This document shows, piece after piece, positions 22,947 to 35,977 of a DNA stretch of 63,628 nucleotides. Made by a program: the position numbers and the translations under genes. Each line of letters opens with the position of its first letter. The first letter of the stretch is position 1. The notes under the pieces were generated by a model. It made no database searches and was not told the DNA's origin. It saw only the letters and a program-made list of their open reading frames with translations. The stretch is taken from assembly GCF_000142905.1 (NCBI RefSeq), contig NW_013657670.1:149498-213125 (forward strand), read 5' to 3'. This DNA comes from Thecamonas trahens ATCC 50062. Its lineage: Eukaryota; Protista; Apusomonadida.

Positions 22947-24385
22947 TTATGCAGCTTGCTCGTCAGCATCAGCGCTGCCGGGCACCTCGTCCCCAACGTG
23001 GAGCGCCGTCGGAAGCTGCGGCTGAAGCGAGAGCGGCGCAGCCGCCGACGTCAGCTTGCGCAGCTGTGGCACCTTGCCGCCATCGACGAGATGTTCGGCC
23101 GAGATGAGCTCAAATGCATCCGGATCAAGCTCATCGACGTCAAGCGTGCCCGCGGCGGTCTGCTCAGCAATGGCATCGAGAAGTAGGGCCCGGACAACTG
23201 ACGGCGCTGCGTTCTCGTCGTCGAGCGTGGCGAGCTCACGGAGCGAGCGCTCGACTGCAAACAGTCGGTCGCGCTGCTCGCGGTTGACCCGCGCCTCCCG
23301 AAGATAATCGCGCTTGCCAGTTGCCGTCGTCTGGGCCGCCTCCAGCGCTTCCATCTGGCTTGTCCGCCGCGACGTCGCGTCGCCAAACCGCGAGGTCAGC
23401 GACAGCGCCTCCCACTCGTCGTCGGGCGCGTACGCTCGGAGTGCCGCGTTGATCTCGTCGAGTCGTGCCGCGTCTACATCGCTCGGATAGCACGCCATAG
23501 CCATGGCCTCTTCTTCCTCCGAGTCTTGCGCCATCAGCTCGTCAACAAGTGCGCTGTCCTCGGCCGAGCACAGACTAGTCCGCGCAGTCACTCGAGAGAC
23601 GGCGGCGCTCGGCCGGTGGCTGCTGCCTGTGCTTGCCCGGCTCAACGACAGCGCACCTGCATCTCCGCTATTCTCTGCATCCTCCTCTCCTTCGCTCTCT
23701 TGGCTCGCGCCGCTCTCTGCGTTTGCGCGCAGCTCACGCGCCTGCTGGTGCAGCCGCATCAGCCGCATGTCCAGCTTGCGCATGACAGCCATCCCGCGGC
23801 GGATGCGCTCGGCCTGGGTCAGTTCTTCCGACTCGCCGCTGCCAAGATCAAGACCAAGCTCGGCTGCGCCGCTGCCCCACTCCATAAGCTCAGACCAGTC
23901 GGACTTGTGGGTGGCGCCCGAGGCGGCCGAGGAGACCGAGACCGCATCGTCAGCGTCCTCTTCAGCAAGGGAGGGGCTTCTCCGGCCTCGTTGCGATCGG
24001 CACGAGCGGCCGCGTCCATCGCGGCCAGCACGTCTTCGTAGTTGGTCGGCAGCTCGATGAGGGCCGTGTCGTCGTCCTGAGTCTTGGCGAACAGATCCGC
24101 GAGGTACGACTCGAGCTGAGCACGCTTGGACTCTTGCTGAGCAACATACTCTGCGATGTGGACCTGCAGCGCCTCTGCTGCCTTGACTTCGGCTTGTACA
24201 TCCTCCAAGGTTGCTGCCAGCTCGGCCTTGGACTCTTGCACCGCCGTGAGAAAGACGGACGTTCCGAGAGCGTCCACATCAATCGTCGCCAGGTCCACCC
24301 CGTTCGGCACCACCACGGCCTCGACAACGCCTCCTGACACCTCCACGGCATCCACGGCTCCGCCCACATTCTCCACAGCAGACAT
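22947..24385 (-). CDS. Coiled-coil protein, FSIP1-like (-1 frame break at ~23970)
   Basis: ORFs 23819-24586 (from MSAVENV, ATG 24385) and 22947-23885 join with one extra C. IRRGMAVMRKLDMRL, RLDEINAAL and YLREARVNREQRDRL resemble FSIP1 blocks (from memory). Confidence 0.6.
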
Positions 24386-24725
24386 TATTGGAATATATGT
24401 GACGCGCGCGCGTGTGTGTGTGTGTGTGTGTGTGTGCGTGCGTGTTGAGTGTCTGCTCTCTCGCGCCCGGCAGAGTGTGCGCCAGATCCCCCCGGTTGGT
24501 GGTAGCACCGTCGGTTGGCGTTGGCGCCAAGACGGGGGGGGGGGGGGGAGGGGGATCGGCATCAAGCTGCTCGAGTCGATGACCAAGCATGCGTATGTGG
24601 AAATCCAACAGAGGAAAGGGAGGGGGATGATGGCCGTAATACAGTGGCCGTGGCCGTATTACAGTATGTAGTGGTGTCCATGATCTCTCCCCTGATCCCA
24701 GATCCCATTCCCCCCCCCCCCCCCC

Positions 24726-24825
24726 NNNNNNNNNNNNNNNNNNNNNNNNNNNNNNNNNNNNNNNNNNNNNNNNNNNNNNNNNNNNNNNNNNNNNNNNNNN
24801 NNNNNNNNNNNNNNNNNNNNNNNNN
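24726..24825. other. Assembly gap (100 N) in C-rich island
   Basis: Ns in sequence. Confidence 1.
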
Positions 24826-25208
24826 GGGCCGCTTCCCCTGCATCGCCCACGGCCCGCCACCACACCAATATCTCCCCCTCCCCACAACATCAACACACAT
24901 GTGATCAAGCCCACACCGATCCCCACCCCCGAATCCTTCCTCTAGCCCCTACCCTACATGCCGTCATTGTTGTACCGCCCTATCTTGCATGTGGAAGACA
25001 ATCTGTGTGAGTGCGCCTCGTCTTGGATCGATGGCGAATGGCGCCGAGTGGGGCTGACAGCCAGCGGGTCAGGTCGCGGGCCAGTTAGGGGAAGGGGGCG
25101 GGAGGCAGAAGGAGAGGGTGCAGAGAAGGCAAGACTCCTCCACAGCTACCGCAAGAGGGTAGACGAACAAGGCAAGAGTGGCGAGAAAGGGTGGAGCACG
25201 TGACCAGG

Positions 25209-25826
25209 ATGGCAGACAAGAAACGGGATGCGCTCAAGATTATCACCCTGGGCAACTCGTTGGTGGGCAAGTCCAAGCTCATGGAGCGGTACCTCATGGA
25301 TGAGTACAAGCCTCACCAAGACTCGACCTACGCATTGACCTTGCACGAACGCGAGGTGGAGATTGATGGCACTATGGTCTCCATCGACTACTGGGACACG
25401 GCTGGTCAGGAGCGCTTTGACAACATGCATCCCTCGTACTACCACGGCGCCCACTGCTGCATCTTGGTATTCGATGTGACAAACCCGGCGACGTACCTGC
25501 AGCTCTCCCAGTGGTACCAAGAGCTCCGTACATACTGCGCAGACATTCCTTGCCTCTGTGCTGCAAACAAGATCGATGCCGATCCCAAAATGACCAAGAA
25601 GAAGTACACCTTTCCCATCAAGCACGATCTGCCGCTCTACTTTGTCTCGGCCTCGGACGGCACAAACGTCGTCAAGCTGTTCCAGGACGCAGAGCGTGCT
25701 GCCAACGAGTACAAGAACGCTGTGCCCACAGACGTCTACCGGAACGTTCTCGAGCTCCTCAAGGACGATGACGGCTTTGATCTCAACGACGACGACGACG
25801 ATGATGACGATGACGACGACCTCTAA
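25209..25826 (+). CDS. RABL2: Rab-like GTPase RABL2 (IFT-associated)
   Basis: KIITLGNSLVGKSKLMERYL..STYALTL..WDTAGQERF..MHPSYY..ANKID..FVSASDGTNVVKLF; no CaaX. Confidence 0.9.
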   Translation: MADKKRDALKIITLGNSLVGKSKLMERYLMDEYKPHQDSTYALTLHEREVEIDGTMVSIDYWDTAGQERFDNMHPSYYHGAHCCILVFDVTNPATYLQLSQWYQELRTYCADIPCLCAANKIDADPKMTKKKYTFPIKHDLPLYFVSASDGTNVVKLFQDAERAANEYKNAVPTDVYRNVLELLKDDDGFDLNDDDDDDDDDDDL

Positions 25827-26223
25827 CACCGCTCGCCCCATCGCATCCCCCACACTCTCATACCCCTCACACCTACGCTTTCATCCCTGGTCCCTGGTCC
25901 CTGGTCCCTGGCCTTTTTCCGACCGTCACAACCCGGAACCGACTCTCCACCACGCACCTCCTCCGGCCTCATCGCGACAACCGCTGCCTCTCCTGCTACC
26001 ACTACCACGCCGCCATTTCGTCCGCAGCAGCAACGACAACAACATCACCATCATCACCATCGTCACCATCAACTGCACTCCATTCCCCTCCCAGCACCCA
26101 ACTCCGATGCCACGACGCTAGTCCCCCTTGTCCTTCACCCCCCCCCCCCCCCGTTCCCCGTTCGTGCCCGCCTCCCCTCCACACACACACACTTGTCGCC
26201 ACCCTCCGGCACCCCGCGCAACC

Positions 26224-28481
26224 ATGTCCCACAACAAGGAGCACGCGGCAGTCCCGCTCTTCCGCAAGTACTACGAGTCCCAAGGCATTCTCAACGAGGT
26301 GCACCAGACCTGCCCCGCGGCGTCCGAGGTGGCTGGCCGTGAGGCCAATGCCTCGCCCGCTGAGCGGATGGATGCCTTGCTGGAGGTGGCCACCACGCCG
26401 CTCCCGGTCACCTTTCGCATTCGGCGGCAGCAGTCGATGACGCCGACTCTGTCCGCAAGGTGATGAAGGACAAGTTTGTCTCGCTCTTCGAGTCCACCTC
26501 ATCCGATGAGTCGCGCGCTGCTTGGGCCGCGGCACAGGCGGCCGATGATGCCAACCCGCGCTTTGTCGTCTCGCGAACAAACGGTGACAAGTACCGCGTC
26601 ACTCTTGCTCCGGGTGGCCCGCTTGATCCGCCGCATCCGCTCGAGTGGTTTGATGCCTCGGGTGCGGTGTGGAAGGTCCCGTGCTCGCGTCGCGTCCTCT
26701 CCTCGCACACCCTTGTCAAGGACTTCCACGAGTACCTCAAGCTTGGCGAGCCGGCCGGACTCATCACCCGCCAGGAGCTCGTCTCCATGATCCCGGTCGC
26801 TATGGCTCGCCTCAACGCAGACTCGCACGTCCTGGACCTCTGCGCCGCTCCCGGCTCCAAGACCGCGCAAATCCTCGACACCCTCACTGAGGCCGCCGGC
26901 GGCCTGCACAACCACTCGGCGCAGGGCTTTGTCATCGCCAATGAGCTCAACCGCCAACGCTCGCACATGCTCGCCCACCAAGTCCGCCGCCTCTCCTCGC
27001 CGCGTTACATGGTTGTCTCGCACGCCGCCCAGCACCTGCCCACCCTTGTCGTCAATGACGAGCCGTTCCGCTTCGACACCGTCTTTGCTGACGTTCCTTG
27101 CTCCGGCGACGGCACCATGCGCAAGAACAAGGAGATCTTCGCGAGCTGGACGCCCTCCACCGCCGTCTCGCTCAACCCGCTGCAGATCGCCATCGCCCTC
27201 CGTGGCGCAAAGCTGACCAAGCTCGGCGGCGACCTGGTGTACTCGACCTGCTCGCTCAACCCCGTCGAGAACGAGGCCGTCGTTGCACAGATCCTGCTCC
27301 GCACAAACGGCGGTCTCGAGCTCGTCGACTGCTCCGATCGCATCCCGGGCCTCGTCCGCCGCAAAGGCCTCACCACTTGGCGCGTCATGACCAACACCGG
27401 CGAGTGGATCGACTCGGCTGACACATGTCCGCAGCCGTACCAGGGCACCTACAGCGAGCCGTCGTTCTTCCCTCCCACTGACCCCGAGTTTGACGCCTCG
27501 GTCCTCACCCGCTGCATGCGGGTCCTCCCCCACGACCGCGACACCGGCGGCTTCTTTGTTGCCGTCTTCCGCAAGGTTGCCGAGTTTTCGCTCTCCATCC
27601 CCGATGGAACCATCCTGGCCGAGCTCGACGACACGACGTTCACCACTCCCCGTGCCGCCCGTGCCGCCGCCCGCGCCGCCGCCCGTGCTGCTGCTGCCGC
27701 TGCCGCCCCGCCCTCGCCGCCGCCGCCGACGGACGACGCCGCCACCTCGAGCAAGGCAAAGGCAAAGGCAAAGACTAAGTTCTCGTCGCACCCCTCTGAG
27801 CTCACCGGCGACTTTGACCTGCCGTTTGAGCGCCTCGCCTCGGATACCCTCGACACCGCCCGCGCCTACTGGGGCATCAACGACGAAAGCCTCGGTGGCG
27901 CTTTTCTTGCCCGCGGCTCGGGCGCCACCTCGGTCATCACCTGGACGCTCGACACCATGGCCGCCCTTGTCGACGCCTCCAACGCCCGCTCCATCGTCGG
28001 GCAGCCCGAGACCGATACTGTCAAGCTCCATCCCTCGCTTGCGCTCAACATCATCAATCTCGGCATCCCGGCCTTCACCGTGCCGTACAAGCCGGAACAG
28101 CCCGCGCGGCCATGCTTTGACGGCCTCCCCTTCATGGGTCGCTATCTCTCCCGGCATGTTGTCACTATCGAGGCCCACAAGCTCTTTGCCTTTTTCAACA
28201 TGGAGGCCATCACCAAGTCGGTCACTCTCCCCACTGACACTCTCGCCTCTGATCACCCCGAGCTGGTGGAGCTTGTCGACGCCATCAACGCCATGGACAA
28301 CCCATCGTCGTTTGTTGTCCTTGCCACCCGCGCAGACCGCGCCGAGCCCATTCCCGTCCAGGGCTTTTTCACCACCAAGTCGATCACTCTCTACGTCGCC
28401 AAGCAGCGCCGTGCCGCCATTGCCGCCGCACTCTTTGGCATCCCGTACTCGCCCGATCCGGTCGCGCCCAAGTCTAATTGA
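26224..28481 (+). CDS. NSUN2: tRNA m5C methyltransferase NSUN2/TRM4-like (-1 frame break at ~26420)
   Basis: FRKYYESQ..LPVTFRI in the first frame; RQELVSMIP, VLDLCAAPGSKT, DVPCSGDGTMRKN, YSTCSLNPVENEAVV, RVLPHDRDTGGFF in the second. Confidence 0.9.
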
Positions 28482-28519
28482 ACAACACCCACGCGCTCGC
28501 CGCCGCAGACCAATGCACG

Positions 28520-30823
28520 CTACAGTACGTTCTGAGACACCGACGCAGGCGACTCGGTCCCGTACACCCGCGTGTCGAGCGGCCCGTACTTGGCCTCGTC
28601 GTACCCCACCACATGCTGCGGCAGTTCGAGCTGGCTCGGGTGGACGTGCTCAAAGAGCTCGGCGAGCGACTTGCAGTACGCAATGCGGGTAAAGAACTTG
28701 GCGGTGACAAAGGCCTTGGCAAACCACATCACGGTCTTGAGCCAAAAGGTCGGGTGGACGACAACCACAGAGTTGACATTGGCCTTGTACAGCGGCGGCA
28801 GAATCGAGTACAACTTCTTGAGCCATGCCGTGTCCGGCTGGTTCTCCGACTTTGAGTCAGTGTGCAGGTACACGCACGTGTACCGCTTGCTCACCAGCGA
28901 GTCCATCAGCAGCAGTGTGTACAGCAGGATCCGGTCGAGGTGGGGCGGCTGCGTCGAGACCCGTGCGCCCACAAACACCACAATCCGCCGCCCTGCTCGG
29001 TCGTGTCCGCCGAGATACACCACTCGCGCAGCCTCAATGTCTGAGAGATCCATCCCGGCCGCAGTCTTGAGCAGCATCTGATACCGCCGCACAAGCTCGG
29101 CCTCACGACGGTCGGCCTCGGACAGCACCGGCCGCGGCCGTACATCGTCTGGCGACGCCTGCATTCGCGCCAGGTCTGAGATGTCCTGGTCTGCCCCGCC
29201 GCCGCTCTTGCTCTTCCACGCCTCGCTGCCCGCCATGTCCGGCCCCGACGGCCCTGCGCCGGGTGCCGGAAGCAGCGGCTCATACCACAAGATCGGGCCG
29301 GCAACAAGGTCAACGTCCTCATAGCCCGCGTACTCGTACTCGTACTCGTAGCCGTACTCGGCCTCTGCTTCAGACGACGACGGCCCGGCAGAGCTCACCC
29401 TTGAGACTCGCGAGACTTTGTGGTCTCGCGTGTGCGGCCCGCTCCGCAGCCGCCGCACGCCAAACGACGAGCGGATGCGAATGATCCGCTCCTCCAGGAT
29501 GGTCTCGCCATTGATGTCACCGGTGTCCTCCGGCAGCTGCGTCAGCGCGAGCTTGACTTCGCCAAGCGAGCGCGGAAAGTAGAGCGGGAGCACGGCTGCG
29601 TACACCGCATACTCGGCCGGATTGGGCACGCACAGCACAATGGTGTCAATGTCGGTGTGCCACTTTTCCACAAACCGCCGGATGGTCCGGACCGCAACAT
29701 GCGTCCCGATGGCCCGCGGGAACCCGCGCTTCTGCCCATGGACCACGCAGAATCCGATCGACCGCAGCTCGAGCTCCTTGACTCGCTGCAGGCAGTTCCG
29801 GTAGCAGTTGTGCAGCGCGTTCTCAGCTGCGGTCCGGTACTTGGTGTTGAACCGCGGCGCCACTGTGTGCAGCACATACGCGCACGGTAGGTTGCCCGCC
29901 AGCGTCTCGCGGACCTCGCCGGTCCGGATCGGCTCGCGGCTCCGGCACTCGGATACCAGCTCCGGGCCGGCAAGCTTCAGCAGCCGCCCGGCAAGGCCCG
30001 ACGTCTCGGACAGCGTTTCGTTATTGGTTGTCACCATGACATCCACTGCCAGATCGTACACGTTTCCGCACCAGAGTACAATCTTCGAGTTGGCAAACGG
30101 CATGATGGGAAACTTGATGGCCGACTCGCAGCTGCTCTCGTCATCACCTTCGCCACGCGCCCGCGCATGCTCGCGCGCTGCCCGCTCGGCCTCGAATCGT
30201 GCCCGTAGCAAGTCCCGTTGGTGTGCGGTCTCGGCCTTGCGCGCCGCCGCTGCCGCCGCATCGGCCGCAGCCGCAGCCCGCTCGCGAGCCTTTCGCCGTG
30301 CCGCATCGGCCTCTCGCTGCTCTGCCGCCAGAGCCCGTAGCGGATCCAGCGTCTTGCTACCCTTGCGGCTCTCGGACTTTCCCTTGCTCCGGCTGTTCCG
30401 GCCACTTCCGCCGATCTCGCTGTCGCTCGCATTTCCGTCATCTTCCGTCTTTGCCGTACTCACCGGCTTTGCCCCACTCATCGCACTCGCTCCAGCAAGA
30501 GCCTCCGCATTGGCCTCCACCGCAGTCTCTGTCTCGGCACCAGCATCGCCCGTGTCGGCATCGCCCCGGTCCAGGCGAGCAACAACATGGTCGGTGGGCA
30601 TGTCCATAGATGACACCAAAGAAGCCCCAGCAGACTCTGTGTCGTCTGGACGGTAGGAGGAAGGTGGTGGGGGGGTGGGCTTGCCGTCCGTGTCCACGGC
30701 GGCAGCTTCCCACGACACAGTCTCCCACAGCGGGTTGCCGGCGTCGTAGTCGTCGGGGACCACGGCAGGCATGGCGTGCCATGGAACCAGCTCGTCCAAC
30801 CTCCGCACGGTAGACGCCTCCAT
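28520..30823 (-). CDS. GDAP2: Macro domain + CRAL-TRIO protein, GDAP2 homolog
   Basis: NLPCAYVLHTVAPRFNTKYRTAAENALHNCYRN..AVRTIRRF..LPLYFPRS..GE....ERIIRI; C-terminal VVHPTFWLK..QLELPQHV. Confidence 0.9.
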   Translation of the reverse strand: MEASTVRRLDELVPWHAMPAVVPDDYDAGNPLWETVSWEAAAVDTDGKPTPPPPSSYRPDDTESAGASLVSSMDMPTDHVVARLDRGDADTGDAGAETETAVEANAEALAGASAMSGAKPVSTAKTEDDGNASDSEIGGSGRNSRSKGKSESRKGSKTLDPLRALAAEQREADAARRKARERAAAAADAAAAAARKAETAHQRDLLRARFEAERAAREHARARGEGDDESSCESAIKFPIMPFANSKIVLWCGNVYDLAVDVMVTTNNETLSETSGLAGRLLKLAGPELVSECRSREPIRTGEVRETLAGNLPCAYVLHTVAPRFNTKYRTAAENALHNCYRNCLQRVKELELRSIGFCVVHGQKRGFPRAIGTHVAVRTIRRFVEKWHTDIDTIVLCVPNPAEYAVYAAVLPLYFPRSLGEVKLALTQLPEDTGDINGETILEERIIRIRSSFGVRRLRSGPHTRDHKVSRVSRVSSAGPSSSEAEAEYGYEYEYEYAGYEDVDLVAGPILWYEPLLPAPGAGPSGPDMAGSEAWKSKSGGGADQDISDLARMQASPDDVRPRPVLSEADRREAELVRRYQMLLKTAAGMDLSDIEAARVVYLGGHDRAGRRIVVFVGARVSTQPPHLDRILLYTLLLMDSLVSKRYTCVYLHTDSKSENQPDTAWLKKLYSILPPLYKANVNSVVVVHPTFWLKTVMWFAKAFVTAKFFTRIAYCKSLAELFEHVHPSQLELPQHVVGYDEAKYGPLDTRVYGTESPASVSQNVL

Positions 30824-31022
30824 ATGTCGGGTCGGGAAGATCGGGAAGGGCTGAGGGTGGCTGGGTGGGTGAAGTGGTGGGTGACGAGGGTGGGTGGTGC
30901 TCAGGTTGGGCGGTGACGGGCACAACCGCGTGACCTTTCACCTTTTCGCTCGCCTTGTCCCAACACCCCCGAGAGGCGCAGCGAGGGCTGAGCGGCTGGG
31001 GAGCAAGTTGGGTGGATTGACT

Positions 31023-34000
31023 TTATCCAGATGAGTGCTCCATGATCTCAAAGGTCTCGATGGAGGCCTTGAGCGAGGCGACGGTGGGGCGAAGGGTAGG
31101 ATTGGTGGCCCAGCACGAGGTGATGATGTCGGCCACCTCGAGCGGGACCGACGATGGGATGACGACCTCAAAGCCGCGAGCGATGGCAAAGGCCACCTCC
31201 ATGGCATTCATGGTCCGAGGGAAGACCGTCTCTTCGGTAAAGAGCTCAAAGAGGATGGTGCCGAACGAAAAGACGTCCGATGCCTGAGTCCGCTCCTCGC
31301 CACGGAGCACCTCGGGTGACTCGTACATGGCTGTCTGCGACATGGTCATGGTGCCGAGCGACTGCTTGAGCTCGACGAGGCCGTAGTCAGAGAGGACGGC
31401 CGAGAAGCCGATGGAGCCATTGGCGTTCTCGACCGTGGTGAGGAGGATGTTGGTGGGCTTGAGGCCCGAGAACGAATGTCCGCGCTGATGGAGGTAGTGA
31501 AGCCCATCGAGGATGGCCCGCATGATGCAGAGCTTGTCCGCGAGGGACAGGACCGGTTGCCGGTCGCGGCGCTTTCTCCTCTTGCGCTCGGCAAACATAG
31601 CCGACATGGTCGACGGCGGAAAGATCGACGGCGGTCCGTGGGAAAAGAGCGTGTCGGCAACCGATCCGTTCTCCTGAAGCTCGACAACGACCGCAAGGCA
31701 GGGGGTGAGAAGCAGGCGGCGAGGACCGGAAGGAGTGCTTGGTGCCGCAGTTGCCGGAGAAGGCAAATGTCGACAAGGAACATGATGCGGTACTCGATCG
31801 ATGCATGCTGCTGCAACAACTTCTTGATGAGCACAATCCTTCCATTTGCCCACTCGCTCACAAACGACTCAGTGTACGAGCCGACACCGACTCGGGTCGC
31901 CTTGGTCAAAGCCGCGTTCATGGTGTCAAGCGCGATGATCCATGGCGATCCGGCCTCGAGTACTGCTGCCGAATTGGACGTCGGGAACGAGGCCGAGGCG
32001 TGGAGCCGAATCGACGTCGACAGCCCCAACTTTGGCTTGGGGCGAGCAGAGAACGAGCTCTCCGATTCGGACGATGGCAGCGGCGGCCGGTCGTCATCAG
32101 CTGCAGAGACAACCTGCAACGAGGAAGACGACGAGGAGGAAGACGGCTGCGGGGCAACCTTGTTGGCGCGGCGGGAGGGCTTGCGCACCTCGGGCGCAGG
32201 GTCTGCAGACGTCGCTGCCGGGCAAGTCGACGACGCCATTTCAGGAGGCCCACTGTGTGACTGGTTCAGAACCTGTGGTAGCGTCAGAGTCATCGAGTGC
32301 TTGAGCGATGTGCGGTCGAATGCCGAGTGGCGAGGCCGCGCCGACGACCACTGGTTGGACGCGTAGAACGAGTTGAAGTCAAGGGCACGCCCCTTGCGGG
32401 CGATCTGAAACAGCTGGCCGTGTGACGCAATGTACATCGGCGACGACGACAGCTGAAAGTTGGCTTCGAGCAGCGCAGTCTGCGTTTCACGCAGCAGCGG
32501 CTCGGTGACCAGATTCTGGCCCGGCAAGATCATCGACTCGAGCTCGCAAAGTTCGGTGATCGGGGCGCCCGAGTACTGGAGCAGGTACGTTCGCGGGTCG
32601 CGGGCGCTGTTGGTGGAGCCATAGGTAGCTGCGATTGTCACCCGCGGCCCACGGAGCACAACTTCGCCTTCAGGCGACGTCACTGGTGCACCAAATGACT
32701 CGCGAAGCAACGCCCGTGGCCACCTGTGGCTCTCCATCGACCGGAGGAGCCGGTCGATGAACCGCACAAAGTGGGTCGGCTTGGAAAACGTGAGGTATGC
32801 TCGGTCGACTTCCTGCCGCCACACATAGCCGAGCGACTTGGCAGCCGCCTTTTCCACATACTTGTGGAAGACAAGGAGAACCGAGCCGAACTCGCGCGGG
32901 ATGACCTCCATTGCCTCGACGAGATGGCCAACCATGACCGTAGCACACACAACAGTGCCGACCGGCTCGACATCGGTCTTGGGCAGAACTACCGGAACCG
33001 AGTCGCGAATGGCGTCCAGCTCCTCGATGACGGTAGAGAACGCAGGGCGCGCCAACGGCGCTTTGGCCCATGCCCGCTCCATTAGCGGGACTACAACCTG
33101 ACAATCAAGTGGGACTTGGTAGACGTCCGGGCGGAGATCGCCCGAGAGCACGCCGATGGCCACCGCAAACGGGTGCTGGCCGACAAAGAGGTCCGCCCGT
33201 GCAAAGAGTTCCCACAGTGTGATGCCAAACGAGTACATGTCTGAGGCCTCCGTGTAGGACTCGGCGTTCTCGAGCACCTCAGGCGCGGTCCAGTACATCG
33301 AGCCGAGAAGCTCGATCCGTGCATCATCGTCGTCGGACGAGGTGACGCCATCTGAGCGCGAAATGTGCGCCGGCGGTTGCATCACCACAGATTGTTGGCC
33401 GACCGAGATTGAGCTAGCCATTGCTGTCTCGCCGTGGCCCATGGTAGATGTCCAGACCTTTGACCTGGAAGGCTTGGTCTTAGCGGACGCCGACGGCAGC
33501 TTGAACGAGGTCATGCCAAAGTCAGCGACCTTTGCCACCCAGTTTTCATCGACGAGAATGTTGAGCGACTTGAGGTCGCGGTGGAGGAACGAGTGCGAGT
33601 GGAGGAAAGCCAGGCCGCGCGCCATGTCAAGCGCGAGCTTGACCTTGAGCCCGAGTCCGATCTCGCAGTTTTCGTTGTGGATGACATCGTAGAGAGAGCC
33701 ACGCGACATGTACTCGGTGACGAGGACGAGCGGATGGAGGCACGCGCCCATAAAGAGCACAATGTTGGTGTGGCGAAGGTTGAGCATGACCCGGGCCTCG
33801 GCGAGGAACGTCTCGATGAGCTCCTCGTTGAGCTTGCGGGTGTGCATTTCCTTGATGGCCACGGTCGTGCCGCGGTAGCTGGCCTTGTACACGGTGCCAA
33901 ACGAGCCCATGCCGATGGGCTTGAGTCCGTCCAGATCCTCGTATGCCACCAGGAGCTGGTCGTCGCCCTTGAGCATAAACGTCACGGACTTGGTCCGCGA

Positions 34001-35698
34001 TCGATAGTAGACAAAGCCGCCGATGCCAATGCAGCCGACCACAATGGCGGCACCTAGCGTGGCGAGCAAGATGAGGGTCGTGGGCGACGATGCTGCCGGC
34101 AATGGCGACGGCAAAACAACCCTGTACGTCCCCTCAAAAAAAGGCGACTTGGAAAGGCCAGGCCGAATGGCCACTGCCCGAATAATGACAAACGTCGAGG
34201 TGTCGATGCGAATCGGCTCAGAGTACTTGAGCGAACCGTCGAATGGGATCGAGCCATCAAGCGTGTAGTACACATCTGCGCCGTCGGTAAGTGTGCCCAA
34301 TGTGATCTCAAGGGCAGAGGTGAAGGTACCAGGCTCCGGCGAGGCGGTCGGGGTGACAGCAACCGAAAAGTAGGCCTCGATCCGCTTCGCCTCCATCTTG
34401 GCGAGCATGGACTCGGGTGATGGCCGTGACGAGTTGCGGAACCAAGCGTCAAAATCCTCTGACCACTCGGTGCGCACAATCGCCGAGTCGAGGCCTTCCC
34501 ATGAAAGATGCAGCAGGTTCGCTGCTGAGAACATAGTGTCCGCAACCGCTTTGAGAATCGGATCCCCTGGCGTTGTAGTGTTGAGCACAGGTGTTGTGAT
34601 CGGCGCAAGCGCAAAGTAAACGCTCTGTGTCGACGGCAGCATGAGCCACTCGAGAAAGTCGCGCGCGCCAGCAGCGTTGCCAGCATTGGTCGGGATGCAG
34701 TACCGGAGCGAGATTATGCCCTCGGTTTCAGTCCGGGGGACTGCTGCATTCATCGAGGGGAAAGTGGTATGCTTGATGAGCGAGAGGAAGGCAGTGCTGT
34801 TGGTGAGAACGGGTGAGAACTTGTGCACGGCCTCGGTGAAAACAGACAGCGGTGACGTGCCCGTGTAAAAGTCAGCCAACGAGCCGTCGACTTTGATGTA
34901 GCCCGACGAGAGAAAGTGGTAGAGCGAGGCGGTTGTGGCGTTGATGCGAGGGTCGGTAAATGCCACGTCGCCGTTGAGCCACGCCCGGTGGAACTCGTGT
35001 CCGTGCATCCGCCAGTTGATGTAGTCAAACCAGATGAACGGCTCGATAGTAATGATGTTGGCAAGAGTGAGGCACGGGTTCGACGTCGCCATCTTCCACG
35101 CCGCACAGAAAGCTTCCAGTTGCTGCCAGGTCTCGGGTGGATGAGAGAGCCCGGTGGATGCAAGCGCCGGCTGGAGATAGTACAGACCAAAACCGTCCAT
35201 GTTGAACGGTACAAAGTAGAAGTTGCCGTCGCGGCCGCGCGATCGGTCCATCAGCGACTGTGGCATGCGCTGCGCCCACCCGTACTTGCTCCACAGCGAG
35301 GTCAAGTCTGTCAGATGACCTTCGTCTACAAAGTCGAGGAACTCTGGCCCTGTGTAACCATACATCAGGTCAGCACCCGCCAGGGGAGCCGTGACCAAGG
35401 AGCCAAACACATCGGGCTTGGACGCGTCGCGAATCGGCATGCCGAAGCGATAGACCTCGGTTGTGGCATTTGGTCGATTGTTGTACACGCTCACAATGTA
35501 CTTGTCTACGTGCTCCAGCGATGTCGACTTGTCGAAGATGCTTAGATATCGCAGCTGGCTTGGAGGCTGTGGCGGCTTCACAAACGTTCTCGAGCTCACC
35601 CGCCGTCTTCCGCTTGACGATCCCGTCACCGCCACCACCACCCAAGCCAGCGCCACAACCGCTACAAGCCCGGCCCACCCACTTCCCATCCTCATCAT
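31023..35698 (-). CDS. Receptor kinase: signal peptide, solute-binding-protein ectodomain, Fn3-associated domain, TM, TKL kinase, degenerate class III cyclase, pseudokinase (-1 frame break at 31701-31705)
   Basis: LTDLTSLW..DGNFYFVP..LYY..PPETWQQL..ARDFLEWL (SBP); VYYTLDGSIP..YSEPIRI; GMGSFG/HRDLKSLN/DFG/WTAPE. The second kinase fold continues in ORF 31023-31853. Confidence 0.9.
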
Positions 35699-35977
35699 AC
35701 AGGCTCTACGCGTAACCACACAGATAGATGTGGCCAAGTCAACGCCAGGCTGCTGTATGCTTGGGCAGGACAAGGTGGGGAACGTCAAGTGCTTAATCTT
35801 GCCACCACTCTCGAGCGGGTATGTACTGTGCCGAACAATACGATTGCCGCACACATCTGCTCGCCTTGTGACCTGTTTGGCGCAGGGTTTCCCCGAGAAG
35901 ATGTCCCGCACCACCTCCATGAGTCGCACTTCAAACACATGCACGCGCACGCACATGCACATCCGCTAGCTCTTTCA

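Noticed and set aside
26224-28481. Calling the frameshifted genes pseudogenes
   Set aside because: Catalytic motifs intact, no nonsense codons, breaks only at homopolymers
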